A DNA stretch of 64,000 nt from Harriotta raleighana (GCA_050575255.1 JBNZDD010013719.1:9072866-9136865), one strand, 5' to 3'; shown: positions 1 through 12,824, counted from the first letter of the stretch. Notes: generated by a model not told the origin, from the letters alone. Program-made: numbers and translations.

Positions 1-1231
1 TTGTTAGTGAGTGTTATTCTGCCCTTGGATGTGAGGAATATCCCCTGTTTCTAAGGATCACAAGGATTTGGAGTAAATAGCATCCCTACACATTGCTACA
101 CATTCAGTAAGATATCTTCAGATAACTGAATGAGGTGGTCATAGATACATTAATAATAAGACTTTATAATAATCTTGCATTTGGCATAGCTCCTTTCTGG
201 AGGATGTCCAGAAATGCATAACAGGATATATTGTGAAGTAGCGTGACTTTCTGGGGCGAACATCAACAGAAGCTCAAGCAGTTTCTGTCTGAAATTTCTT
301 TTGAGAGAAAAGATGTTCTAATATTTCCAAACACGGGAGCCTTACCTTATCCGTGGTGTGTGGACACTGGCCTTCAATTTAACATCTTCCCACATTGCTA
401 GTTATTTTTACTATGAGCCCAATTGTAGTTATGCAGTTTATGCAGGTGCATTTGTCATTTGCTCCTGAATTTTCTCCAGTTTTAATTGAGTACACAAATT
501 ATAGCTTGTGGTAATTGTGCCGTTCAGAACTTATTTAAGCACAATACTGTTCCGTACGTACAGGAACGCTTGACCTCAAATCAGGATCCAGTTTCCTGGA
601 GGTAGCTTGCATTCAAACTCTTTGCTCCATTATAGTGTGAGCATTGTTGTGCAATATTAAGCAGGCAGGTTGAAACGGTCAGGATTTGAGGTGGGAAGAG
701 CAAAGCTCATATGGAACACTTCTCTTAGCTTGTATTTGTGTGAAGAAACCAAATGCACAAAAAGGAAGGAGATGGCAGTGAAAAATTGAGCCATTGCTCT
801 GAAAATTGAGCATCCAGTCTTTAAGCTTAAAATCAAAGTTGTCCAAAGTTGTGTAAATGGAAGGTTTGATCAGGATGCCACTGTGTGGTGCTGTGTAAAC
901 GGAGCAGCTTAGCATTATTGTTGCTGGAACTTAGAGCAGTTTTAAATGAAGCCACTCCTCGTACGAATGAATTATATTATATGAATTCCAAATGCAGGAT
1001 TTCAGCTACTCCCGCTTCAAATGAATATTAGCAACATTCAAGTGATAGCATTAAGGGAACTAATGTGTCAACATCTAGGAAATGTAACTTTCCAATCCAG
1101 AGAGATCAAGTAATCAAATATTCTACAGTTTGTAAATCTAGAGTTCTGTTAAAACACTGAATTAAGCTGCAACTCTTCTGACCCAGCTACTCCCTTTACT
1201 TAAAATCCTGCTTAAAAGAAAAATAATAACA

Positions 1232-1404
1232 TGATCATTTCAAATCATGACTGTTTGTGCGATGCTGCTATGCGTAATTGGCTGCTGCATTTCGCCCACA
1301 TATTTACAGTCAATTCACTTAACAGTATATTCTGTGAAGCACTTTGAGACGTCTAGAAAATGTGGAAAGTGCTAAATCAAATCCAAGGTTATTATTATTA
1401 TTAT
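1232..1404 (+). mobile_element. Deu-domain-like SINE, 3' half
   Basis: Matches the 3' half of the copy at 13657-14002 (GACTGTTTGTG...AATTGGCTGC...TGTGAAGC..TTTGAGACG) and has an (ATT)n tail. Confidence 0.8.
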
Positions 1405-4400
1405 CTAGATTTTTCTTTTTTGCTCCCCACTGACAATATAGGTTAAATCAAATAAATTACACCTTTGATACAAGTGTGGAACAATTATTTATAATGCTGT
1501 CTGAAGGGAATTGTTGGTCTATGAGATCAGGAGATGTATTTATGACAAATGAATGTCATTAAAGCTGGGACAATTAAATAAAGTTTATGGTTTATTTTCA
1601 GTTTGGATATCTCTGCAGTCCCTTGACCTAGATTTCAGATGATTGGAGTAACCAAATTATTTGTTTACTCTAGCAGATTGTGAAAGATAATAGCATTTCC
1701 CCCCCCCTCCTCTGTTACTACAGGAAATGGGAATTTTTTGGAAGAGATTCTAAATAATCAGGAAAAAACTGATACTGGAGAGATCGGCGTTGTCATGGCA
1801 ACTGGAGGCAGACATCCAGAGAGATCCAGGTAAAAAAAACTGTTAGCCGCACAACCACCACATAAGTTTTTTTTTCCCCCCTTAATAGGAATTAACTGAG
1901 GATATATCATCTAGCTGCGATCTGTTGAGTTAAAATCTTTCGACTGCTGTTCATGTGTTATATGAACCCAGAATCTTACTTGATTTGGTGCTGTGTTTTC
2001 ACTGTCGAAAAACCAAAGAGACAGGAGGCAGTAGATCACAAGGCCATTCTGATATCCTTGGGTTTCCATGGTTACTAGAACGGCATTTATCAGTTCCTTA
2101 TGAGAAGAGGCAAAGCAAATCTGCATGCACATGGCAAGGTTCCAGCATTTCAATTGAAAAAGCACTTTGAACTGCTGCCAAGTTTATAAGAAGCAGAGCT
2201 GTCAGGACTGCTTAATGCTGGCAGTTTGTACTTGGCAAGGTTTCATTTCCCATCATTCTTCAGTTGGCAATTTTCCCTGTACTTAGCGGAAGCTAAAAAT
2301 TAACCCATGAAACTGATTGCAATTTTTAATTTGCTCCTGTGGCCATCCAGCACAGTTAACAAGATGGCCGAAAGGATACTGGTTTGAAATAAATTCTTTG
2401 ACAGAGATTTTGGTGTCTGTTCAATAATGGAAAGGATTGATCTCGGGCAATCTAACTCCCATCCATTATTACTCTTTGTGCTCTTTGTGGTCTAATGAGC
2501 GTAAAGGAATTGATGGTTTAAAATCTATTTCCTAAATGAATACATTTCTGAAAAGGTGTAGATTGCTATCTTTATTTGCCTTTCTTGTATTTAGTTGAAA
2601 CTACTGACACTGATATTGTGAGTCTGTTCAAAGTAGATGTAAATGAACTCTATCTTCCTTATTATGAACTTAGAGTCAAGGTTGCATTTTGGTGGACTGT
2701 GACAACAGAGGCTGAACACACAGGGGTTCATTATTGGGGGTTTACTGGCAAAAATATGCAAGGCTTTTCAAACAACCTAGAGATCAAGAGTGTCTACTTT
2801 TTCCTCCCTCAACTATTTGATAACTTTTGGTACAAATGGACTGAAAATTGCATGTTACTCAGGCAGCTGGAAAAGGTTGAACAGAATTGTGCCTGGCATG
2901 AACTGCAAAGAAATAGCTTGTATAAAACCAACTCCATTATCGATGGCAAAGTATTTCCTATTTTGTGCTGCACCATTAAAGAGTTGTTCATTGCTTTTTG
3001 CTGTTCTAATGAGCCTGAGTATATTAAGCAATCCTAAGCATGTTTACGACATTAGTTATTCAATGAACAATGCTGACCATGTTTTCATCCACTGCCTTTT
3101 TAATTATGCTGGCTATGCTTACTTTATCCATTGCCAAGTAGATGAAGCAAGCAGTTTTTCCAAACTCCAATGTGTAGATTTTAATTAAAAGAGGTTCAGA
3201 AATTGTCATGTTGTCCTTAAAAGATGAGTTAATCTTTTGCAGAAAAATCAGACACTATAATCATTGGCTTTGTTCTTTACTTTTTTTCTTTGCTCCTTGA
3301 TAAATATCTCTTTGGATTTGTACATTTTGATTTATCCAGTGTTTTACTTTAAATGTTATGTCCAGCATGTGCCGAATTGCTTTAAATCCTTCAACTACAG
3401 TGACTGCTACTTTACATTATGTGCATACAAGTAGAAAGCATGTATTTTTAAGATCGGATTGTAAACCATATAGCCATTTAACTCCTTGTTAATCATGAGA
3501 CTTGCGTGTATTCATTTTCCATGTTTTACAGCTTGCATTTTGGCCACATTCCTCTTGCCTTCATTTTTTTCTCTCCTTGTAAACACGATGAAATTGGAAC
3601 ATAGACGCTTTGGTAGGCTTTCAAATGTTGTCAATCTCTGCTAGAGGCCAGAAGCAGGGATACCGCTTTTGGCTGACTCCTTGCTAAATATTTGTCGAGT
3701 TCAGGGTGCGACTTGTTTGAACTTGGTTCAGTTTTGGCATCTTATAAATTAGAGCTCACAGGATTGGAAAATCGTACGCACTGGATTTGGAAATGGAGAT
3801 TGGAGATGCAGTGTTGTGTCAGAGTGACACGTGGAGATATCAATTATTTACTGCATGTGGAAGAGTAAATATATTTTGCTGTGGTTTTAAGGTTCAAGAA
3901 ATGACTTAAGTTTGCACCTCTTTCCTGTGCTTGTGGTGAAACATAAGGCTATTCATAGCAAGTTATGTTTCTTGATTTTATATAAATAATCTGTACAACC
4001 TCAACCATCAAATGCAGCTTCTACACTGCTCTCTACCTTAATAACATTTTAATATTTTTGTCATGCATAAGCATTTTACATATGAATAAATATATATCTT
4101 ATATTAATATTGTTAGTGCTGGGGCATGATCTTGGGAGAGGGGAGGGTAAGTGGGTTGGCAGTCCTTTCATCTCTGTGATCTGAGTTTGAATAGAGTCAA
4201 ATTGATGGAATTGTTTTTTACCGGAATTGACTGTAAGGGTCCTAGATGGGATGAGCTTTGATAGTTTCCATCCAATTCCAAATGGGCATTGTCTCCCCAT
4301 GCAAAACTGTCCATAATTTGCCTTCAAATAGGACTAGGTTTGCAATCTCGTTCCTATTATAAAAGTGACTGGAATATGAAGTGAAAAAAATAACTGTTGC

Positions 4401-4883
4401 TTTGGAAAGTATTTTTCTGGGTTTATTGTGGTAAAATAAATGGAGCTTTGTAATGTCTCTGACCCATACAACAATTGATTGTGATCCCTGGATCCTGATA
4501 TTTAGTTTAAAGTGGGAAAAAGTATTCCATTTCCCAGTACTGCCATCCATTATGTTTCCACAAATTCATTTCTCTCTTCTTTAAAAATGTATGTTAACAT
4601 TTGTAACGTTTTCATGTTGTTCATTCATTATAACTCAGCAGTAAAATGAGTACACCTTTTTTAATTACTTAATTGTGGTTTTAAAGATCAGCCTATCATC
4701 CTTAAAACCTTACATATCCAAACTGTACATACAATACTATGCTGAATTCCCAGCTCATTATTCTCCTACCATCTCCATGTGTTCCTTACTAAGTTAACTT
4801 TGTATCTATCTCCTTCATTCATTCACAGCCTTTTTTTTTGCCATCTGTTTTCATTCTCCATCTCTTGTGCATCCTTATACATA

Positions 4884-5854
4884 TTTGGGACACTGCCGTG
4901 TGCGATCAGCTGTTGCATTTCGCGCACAAAATACACAGTCAATCCACTTTATAATATATTCTGTGAAGCTCTTTGAGGTGTCTCAAAGACATGATAAGGT
5001 GCTATGTATATTTCTTCAGCTCAATGTCCGGAAAACCGAGGCCCTCCTGATTGGCTCGCGTCAGCGCCTCCGCAACTCGGCAGCATCAGCATCCAAGGCT
5101 GCACTCTCCACCTCGCAAAGCCAGTCAGGAACCTCGGTGTTCTATTTGACCCTGAGCTGTCCTTTCTCCCCCACATCCGCGCCACAACTGGCACTGCCTT
5201 CCACCACCTGCGGAACATCGCCAGGCTACGACACTGCCTCACCCCTCATGCTGCTGAAATACTAGTCCACGCCTTCATCACCTCAAGGCTGGACTATGGG
5301 AACTCTCTCCTNNNNNNNNNNTTTCGAGACCACATCACTCCCACCCTCGCCCGTCTCCACTGGCTCCCCATCCCCCAGAGGATCGAATTCAAGATCCTCA
5401 TCCTCACCTACAAGGCCATTCACGGCCTTGCTCCCTCCTACCTCTCCGACCTACTATCCCCCTATCTACCTGCCCGTACCCTCCGTTCCTCTGGCACTGG
5501 TCTGCTCCACAGCCCTTGCCCTAACCGTCCTACCATCGGCGGCCGGGCTTTCAGCCGCTCAGCCCCCAGACTCTGGAACTCCATCCCCCTGTGCCTTCGC
5601 CTCGCTCCCTCCCTTTCCTCTTTCAAGGCCGGTCTCAAGACCTTTCTCTTCGACCGTGCCTTCAACTCCACTCTCGACTCTCTAGCCCCTCCTTGCTCCT
5701 ACCCTTCCCCCCCTCGCCCTGAACATTTTCCCTTGCTCGGGTCCTGAACCAATCTGTCCAGCGCCTTGGGACGTCCTCCTGACGTGAAACGCGCTCTATA
5801 AGTGTAATTTTGTTGTTGTTGTTGTTGTATATCAAATGCCAGGATTATTATTAT
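4884..5854 (+). mobile_element. Deu-domain-like SINE 3' half (4884-5010 and 5827-5854) split by an L2 insertion
   Basis: The SINE body runs to ...AAGGTGCTATGTATA and resumes after the LINE tail with TATATCAAATGCCAGGATTATTATT. Confidence 0.8.
5011..5826 (+). mobile_element. L2-clade LINE, 5'-truncated (C-terminal ORF2, 3'UTR, (TTG)n tail); contains a 10-N gap at 5312-5321
   Basis: Encodes [14 protein letters not shown]...[38 protein letters not shown]...RLWNSIP, typical of the L2 ORF2 C-terminus. Closely similar to 46783-47675. Confidence 0.92.
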
Positions 5855-5886
5855 CTTTACCTTTGCCAGCTTCAGCCTCCACATAA

Positions 5887-6388
5887 TTTTTGCAAAATAC
5901 TACAGATGCTGGATATCTGAAACAAAAACAGAAGTCGCTGGGAACACTCAACATTTTGGGTTCACGATCCTTTGACAGAACTGGGGCATGTTAGGAGGGA
6001 GAGGCTTTTAAGGACTAACAAAGAGGTGGATTACCACATCATCTGGGTCCCAGACACACCTTTTCTCTCTGGTCTGCCTGTTCTGTTGCAATTTCTTCCT
6101 CCCCATTGTTTTATATTATTAATATCTCCTTTCTCCTGTTTTGTTGCAATCCCTCCCTTTGTTTTGCACCATTAACATTTCTTTAATAGATCATTTCCTG
6201 TCCTATATCCCATTTTCTCCTTTGTCTTCTTTACCCTGCCTCCCCACTCTTTCAGTTCTTAAAAGCCTCTCCCTCATAACATGCCCCAGTTCTAACGAAT
6301 GGTCATAGACCTGAAACATTGATTCACTTTCCTTTCTCCATAGATGCTGCCTGACCTGCTGAGTGTTCCCTGTGACATCTGTATTTGT
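5887..6388. mobile_element. Fold-back Penelope-like (pLTR-type) non-autonomous element with degraded hammerhead motifs
   Basis: The ends are homologous to 52295-52549 and are inverted relative to each other. Degenerate HHR CTAACGAATGGTCATAGACCTGAAAC at ~6293-6318. Flanked by the direct repeat TCCACATAA (5878-5886, 6389-6397). Confidence 0.7.
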
Positions 6389-6904
6389 TCCACATAACTC
6401 TTCTTGTTGTTTGTTTCCTGGTGGACTTTTGTGTCTCTTAAAGGCGCTATATAAATAAAATTTTGATTGGTTTGATTGATTATGTCATTGCAACAAGACC
6501 CACGCCTTCGACCATCCTCCTGCCCTCCAGTCTCCCGGTCCCATCCCCACCACTTGGGTGCAAATTCTTAGCTATCCAGTGCTTTGAGACGTCCTCCAGG
6601 CGTGAAAGATACTGTATGAATATAATTTTTGTGTTTGCATATGTAAACGTGTTTACTACATCTTTGAAACTGGTGACCAGAGCTAAACATATAGTGCACA
6701 TTTGTTCTGACATTTAGAGATTGTGGATACTTGTATTCCATGTTACAACAATGTGTTGCAGCGTTTGGTTTACTTTCTTTTAAATTGTTTTCCTACATTT
6801 TAGTGCTATTGTATCCCATATTTTAGTATATGTATCTGCTGTTGTATGTAATGGTTCTATTGTCACTCCCAGTCCTCTTTGCTTGATCTCAACTTGCAAA
6901 TTCA

Positions 6905-7225
6905 GAGGCTCAGTTTGTAGCACTCTCAACTCTGAAGTTGAGACTTTGCGACTTTGCAGCACCTTGGGACAACCTCTCAACGTGAAAGGTATAATGTTGT
7001 TGTGGTTGTTACTGTTGAAGAATAAGTCAGAAGTTATGAGTTCAAGCCCCATGTTAGTGATTTTGAGCTCATGGTCTAGACTGGGGGAGCACTGCATTGT
7101 CTGAGGTGTCGTCCTTTGGACAAAATATTCAACCACATGGAAGTTCCCATGGGACTATTAAAGAAAGAGTTTCTCGTAGTGTTCAAACTTTCTGAGCCAT
7201 CAATCAGGACCTTGAAGCAGTAGTG
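6905..7225 (+). mobile_element. Old SacSINE1/AmnSINE1-like (DeuSINE) relic interrupted by an L2 tail (~6950-7010)
   Basis: tRNA-like head GGCTCAGTTTGTAGCACTCTC...GAGTTCAAGCCCC, then GGGAGCACTGCATTGTCTGAGGTGTCGTCCTTTGGA. Similar to 12588-12810. Confidence 0.55.
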
Positions 7226-7269
7226 ACATTCTATTTGTAACACCAAAAATAACTCGCTTAACAAGAGGG

Positions 7270-7420
7270 ATTGGGTGGTAAAGCGGGTTAGATTCGCCAT
7301 TCACCTCAGGAGACTAAGTTTGAATACAGCACAGAGTAATTGGATAAAAGGCTTCAGTGTCTCTTTACTGTAAGAGTACTGTGAAATAGGCCATCTCAAT
7401 TCAGATTCCAGCCAGTAGCT
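7270..7420 (+). mobile_element. Ancient SINE relic, LF-SINE-like
   Basis: CCATTCACCTC...GTTTGAATACAGC...GTGAAAT...CTCAATTCAGATTCC is shared with 59195-59390. Family name from memory. Confidence 0.35.
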
Positions 7421-7574
7421 ATTGTGCAGATTGTATTCAGTGCTCTTGTTCTTGTAAATAAGGTAACACAGCAGAATACACCTAACCTATACATTGTAGT
7501 TATTATATAGGTCAAATAAGCATGTTGAGATGTCTCGAAGACATGGTACGGTGCTATGCCATAAGTTAAAGAAT

Positions 7575-7938
7575 CCTGCAGCTTAGTGGTTAGAGGCCTG
7601 CTTCGCAAGCAGGAAGCCTGGGTTTGATTCCAACCAGGGAGAAACATTGGGCAAGTTTCCTTACTCCATACGCCTCTGCTTACCTAGCAGGAACCTGGAT
7701 TGGCGGATTGTTTATCCAGGGGTAATAATTCTTTTTTTTTAAATTGTTCAATTAATCCATGACTGTTTGTGGGACACTGTCATGTACAATTGGTTGCCAT
7801 ATTTTGCCCAGAAAATATACAGTCAATTCACTTCACAGTTTATTCTATGAAGCGCTTTGAGATGTCTTGAAAAAGTGATAGGGCGCTATATCAAGTGCAA
7901 GTGTTATTATATCAAATGAAAGGATTATTATAATATAA
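7575..7938 (+). mobile_element. tRNA-derived SINE, long form (extra central segment)
   Basis: A-box-like GCTTAGTGG and B-box-like GTTTGATTCC, then GGGCAAGTTTCCTTACTCC..CGCCTCTGCTTACCTAGCAG, a Deu-like 3' part and a duplicated tail. Confidence 0.8.
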
Positions 7939-10900
7939 TTTGGTATACAGTAGCTCCTTTTCACATTGAAATGCCTCAAAGTACTTCAGAGTCTTTCGTA
8001 CAGATAACATTACAGATCGCACTCAGTACACTATATGGTTCAGTTTATTTACTAAATTAACCATCTTCGAAGAGGCTACTGATTGCTGTTGTGGGAGAAT
8101 GTTATGTATTAGGGGGTGAGGTTGGGCCTGAGGAACATTGCAGAGGAAACAAAATTTATTTTCCATGTACTGTACAGTATATGATCCTATGCATCTGGAG
8201 TGTCATGGTACTTATGGAAGAACAGAGAATGTCACTTTGTGAAGCTCAAGTTAATTGCTTACATTGAATTTGCTTACTGATGTGCGTACTCAATACAAGC
8301 TTGAGGAAGGTTGGATTTGTGGCTCCACTATCACAATTTACAGTATTTCAGTTTCTCGAGCCCTTTGCCAGTTGTTAGAGTTGGCACATTACTACCCTAT
8401 TTCAGAGCACCTTTTTAACTAAGGTTTACAGGAGGTGAGTTAAGTGAGCTGAGTTTGGATTTGGCAGCATTGTACAATACCAAGAATTTAGTGCCAAATT
8501 CATAATATGACACTATTAACTCTAACCTTAGAAGGGCACCTCCGAATACATCAGTCTCCTTTTTTTTTGCATTTCCCACAACACACCCACAGCCTATGAT
8601 CCCAGGGATTTATACATTTGTGTTGTTTTAAGCAGTTCAAAACTGGTTGAGACTGCCCAAACAAGTTTTATATAGGATATAGTACAGTCATCAGAGAAAG
8701 GAAACTTTCATTCCAACTGTCTGGTTTTCAATCCAGAAACCAAAAGTGAAAGGCCAACAAGCAACCTGCTACTTGACCCAATTTTTAGTTTGTGTTTCTT
8801 CAAGGACAAGCTTAATGCACGTACTCCAATACACAGTACACAGATAAAGTCTCCACTTGGGCTTTGTTCTGTTTTTATTTGGCACCTTTTTATCCAAGAG
8901 CCTCCGTGGTATTTTCCAATACACAATATGGAGCTGGCTATTCTGGGATAGTACCGGAGATAGATAACTTTTTTTGGCAACTCTGCAGGCAAATCTTTCA
9001 ATTTCCGGTGATTTTAATAAAAACAGGTGAAGAAATTAAAGTTAACCATGGCAAACAAAACTTAACAAAAGTGTTTGAGGGCAAAAACCTCTTCCCAACC
9101 CACCCTACATCTACGTGGGTGGACAATGCTATCACTACTCTGTGATCATAGTACTATTGAAATGCTTGGCAGTCCCAGTGTATCAGAAAGGCCACATCAA
9201 TCGACAATATAACAATATAGCTGACTGCACTTCCTTGATAAACTACAACAATATAAAAGAAAATACCGTCACTTGTAACATTTTATTCAGTCTTGCAAAT
9301 TTATTTTTGCCTAATTTAAAAAGTTTTATTTGCAAAGGAAAACAAAGGGTGATTTACAATGCAATTTAAAATGTACAGTAGACAGTAATGGCCACAGTAG
9401 ACAGTAATGGCCTCAGTATAGTGGTTAACACCATCTGTGTAATTGGAAATTTACACTTCATATTTATTTCTGGACATCAGTTAGATACTGAGTTCTATCT
9501 CGTCTACCAGTTCTTTCAACTAGAGCAACACTAGATAAAATATTACATTTGCCAAATCAGCAACAAGGAAACTACAATTATTTCTAAACAATGGAGAGAA
9601 AAGAGTTTGCACATTGTGCATTTTCTAAGTTAGATATTTTTCACATTTAATTTTGATTTTGAAAAAGTGATGCTTTTAAAAGGTGATGCTCTGTATATGT
9701 TCCTGATGGTATCCTTCATTATTAAAACATTGAGCAATGATTTTTTTGATTTTTTATATTTAAAGAAATAATTTGTTCTAATTTCAAATAATTCACAAGT
9801 GTTTAAGGCAAGTATACTGCAATTTGGTTGTGATCAATTGCAGGGAGAGCATAATCCATTCTAATTCTGCTGCTTTCTAAATTTGATTGAAAGATTTCCA
9901 GAAAGACCAGGCACTAATATAGTGAGCTGTAAATGCCAGTAAGTCAACAAAGTAACCATTGTAAGGATTCAATGAAGTCTTTAATGGTAGCCTTAGCAAA
10001 GGGAGTTGAACACTGATCATTTTCAATACAGCCTTTGGCAGAAGACTGAGAGAAATTAGCAACAAAATTAAAATGATAAATGAAAAATTTGATGAATAAA
10101 ATAAATCTGGAGGCTACGGTAACGACTGATGTAGAAAATAGAACATTTTATACTAATTCAATGGAGGGTTCTTTGCAGAGGCGGGTACATAGTGGGGTGA
10201 AATAGTTTAGATTTGGTAAGTACATGACTTTTCAGAGAGTATTTCCACTGTTACTGGCTGTTAAAATTTTTAAAAGTATTGCTTATTCTATACTCCTTTC
10301 AGAACTGGTACAAGTATATTTTGCTGTGTATTTCTAATCTGTCTCTAAAGAAGCCTGTTAGGAATGCATTGGGAATATAATAATGCTCAATCATGCCAAC
10401 TGTGATTAAAACCTTTTTTGACCCTGTCCAAGGACAGTTTCCCCTCACGTCAGCTCGGAATTGTGCTCTGCCACCATCAAGTGCTCTGGGATGAGGAGCG
10501 CTATATAAATGCAAGTTGTTTTTGTGTCTAGAAGCTCAAACCTCCTTTAACAGGAAGTATCAACTAGAATATTCTAAGTTTTTGAAGCATTTGCAAAAAC
10601 CTTTTACTTTACCTCGCAATGTACAGTTAAGGAAATCTTCAAAATGACGGTCAAAGAACTTCTGAGGGTGTGGCAAAAATAAATCCTATCCAAGCCACAA
10701 AATAACAAACTTTAAAGAATATTTCCTAGGGTTGAATTCTATGAAAGTGGCACTCTATGTTGGTTTGTCAGTGTTAAATTTAGCATTTGCCACTGAGTCT
10801 TTACAGATGATTATCTGTTGCACTGAACAGCAAGGGAGAGCTGATGGAGATGTTTTCTCTGTTGATATAAATGGAAGGAATCAATTTTCAGTGCAAACAC

Positions 10901-11394
10901 ACATACACGCACAGTAGGAAGGAGAGAAATAAATTAACACATACTTGAGAAAGCCGCTGTACTACCCAGTCCCATATTGGCTGCCAAACTCTGTTTCTTT
11001 TAAACCAAGTATTTCTCATTTCATAGCTTTAAATTCAGTCCTGGAGCAATAAACCTTTTTTTCTGTGTTTGGTGACCCATGGTAGTAAAATGTTCCCATT
11101 TTAAATGAGCTCCAAATATACCACATTTTGATTTAGAAATCTAGTCTTTTCTAAATTATCTCAAGGAACAATAACAACAACTTCCACTTACTGTATATAG
11201 CACCCTCCATGCCGCGTGGCGTCTCAGAACGCTTGAACAATAAATACTCAAATATTTAATAAACATTAGCTAACAATTATTTGTTACAATGTAATACTAT
11301 ATTGATTCACAGGTTTCCTTTTGGAGTTAAATATACAGCAGAAGCAGATTTTTACATGAACAGAGCAACCATTCAGTACACTAATACTTGTCCC

Positions 11395-11472
11395 GATCTG
11401 ACTGTTCAGCGCTTTGGAACATCTTCCCAACGTGAAAGGCACTATACAAGTGTAATTTTGTTGTTGTTGTTG
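11395..11472 (+). mobile_element. Short L2 3' tail insertion
   Basis: CAGCGCTTTGGAACATCTTCCCAACGTGAAAGGCACTATACAAGTGTAATTTTG(TTG)n, matching the 3' end of 5011-5826. Confidence 0.8.
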
Positions 11473-11616
11473 TATCTGATAAAGCTCCTTATCAAGACAT
11501 TGAGATGTATCAAAGTGCTTCACAGAATATACTGTAAAGTCAATTGACTATTTTGTAGGCAAAACGCAGCAGCTAATTGTGCAGAGCAATGTACCACAAC
11601 AAGCAACTACTGTATA

Positions 11617-11942
11617 TAATAATAATAATAATCCTTGCATTTGATCTAGTGCTTTTCACATCTTATCGACGTCCCAAAGCGCTTCACAGAATATACTGTA
11701 AAGTGAATTGACTGTATATTTGTGGGCGGAACGCGGCAGCCAATTGCGCACAGCAGTGTCCCACAAACAATCATGGATTGAAATGACCAATTTTATTATT
11801 GTAGTTTTTTGGGAGGGATTATTATTAGGCATGTGGAGTAAGGAAACTTGCCCAAGGTTTCGCCCTGATCTGCCTGGATTCGAACACAGTTCTCATGCTT
11901 GTAAGGCGAGTGCTCTAACCACTGAGCCACAGGAGCTCCACA
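11617..11942 (-). mobile_element. Young full-length tRNA-derived SINE (short form)
   Basis: Its reverse complement is highly similar to 13657-14002. A box TGGCTCAGTGG, B box GTTCGAATCC, (ATT)n tail. Confidence 0.92.
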
Positions 11943-12039
11943 ATGCAACATGTTTAAATTTTCCTTTATCCTGCTTTGCCACTGTTATTATTGAGTACCG
12001 TTCCAAGCAACACATTGGAATACAAGTGAAAGAAATTAA

Positions 12040-12337
12040 TAACAATAATACTCTTTGCATTTGATATAGCGCTTTTCATGTCTTCTAGACGTCTCAAAGT
12101 GCTTCACAGAATATACTGTAGTTAATTAACTATATTTGTGGGTGAAACGTGGCAGCCAATTGTGCACAGCAGTGTCCCACAAACGGTCATAGCTTGAGAG
12201 ATCCAATTTTTTTTGAGGGATTATTATTAGGTGTGTGAGTAAGGAAACTTGTCGAAAGTTATGCTCTATCTGGAATCAAACCCCATGTCTCTCGCTTGCA
12301 AAGTGAGTGCTCTAACCACTGATCTACAGAACTCCAC
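12040..12337 (-). mobile_element. Full-length tRNA-derived SINE (short form, more diverged)
   Basis: Colinear with 11617-11942 in the same orientation. Confidence 0.88.
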
Positions 12338-12587
12338 TTGGTATGATCCTGTTATTATTCACTGCGGGTTTGACACAGAGACATTCTCAGATTAACCACA
12401 AATCATCAGCAGTTGGTGGTTAACATTACTATAAGTTAAACTATTAAGCCATTTGTTGAAGGTTATCTTGATATTCCATGAAGGAAAATAATAATCAGTT
12501 AAAATAAATGCTAGACTCTTTTAAATGAGTATGTATCATCACTCCCTTGTGATGATTTCTATTTCTGGTTCCAAAAAACTTACATGG

Positions 12588-12810
12588 GAGTCAGCTTGGC
12601 TGAGTTGGTACCAGTGTTTCTTCTGAGTCAGAATGTTGTGAGTTCAAATCACATGTTTGGACTCTTAACTCTAAGCTGAAGTTCCCGATGCAGTACTGAA
12701 GCAGATGTATTGACAGAGGTACATCCTTCACATGAGACATTAAACAGAAGGGCTGTCTCTGCATGTTCAGGAGAACATTGAAAATCATGTGGCACTGTTC
12801 AAAGACAAAT
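12588..12810 (+). mobile_element. Old SacSINE1/AmnSINE1-like SINE, 5' half
   Basis: GTCAGCTTGGCTGAGTTGGTA...TCTGAGTCAGAA.GTTGTGAGTTCAAATC...TGCAGTACTGA...ATGAGACATTAAAC. Confidence 0.6.
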
Positions 12811-12824
12811 TTGACTTGCAAAAT

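Noticed and set aside
2576-3188. Two overlapping + strand ORFs (153 and 132 aa)
   Set aside because: Non-ATG starts, no recognisable domain and no convincing exon structure; treated as chance ORFs.
9375-9412. 19-bp tandem duplication ACAGTAGACAGTAATGGCC x2
   Set aside because: A simple local slippage duplication with no array or spacer structure.
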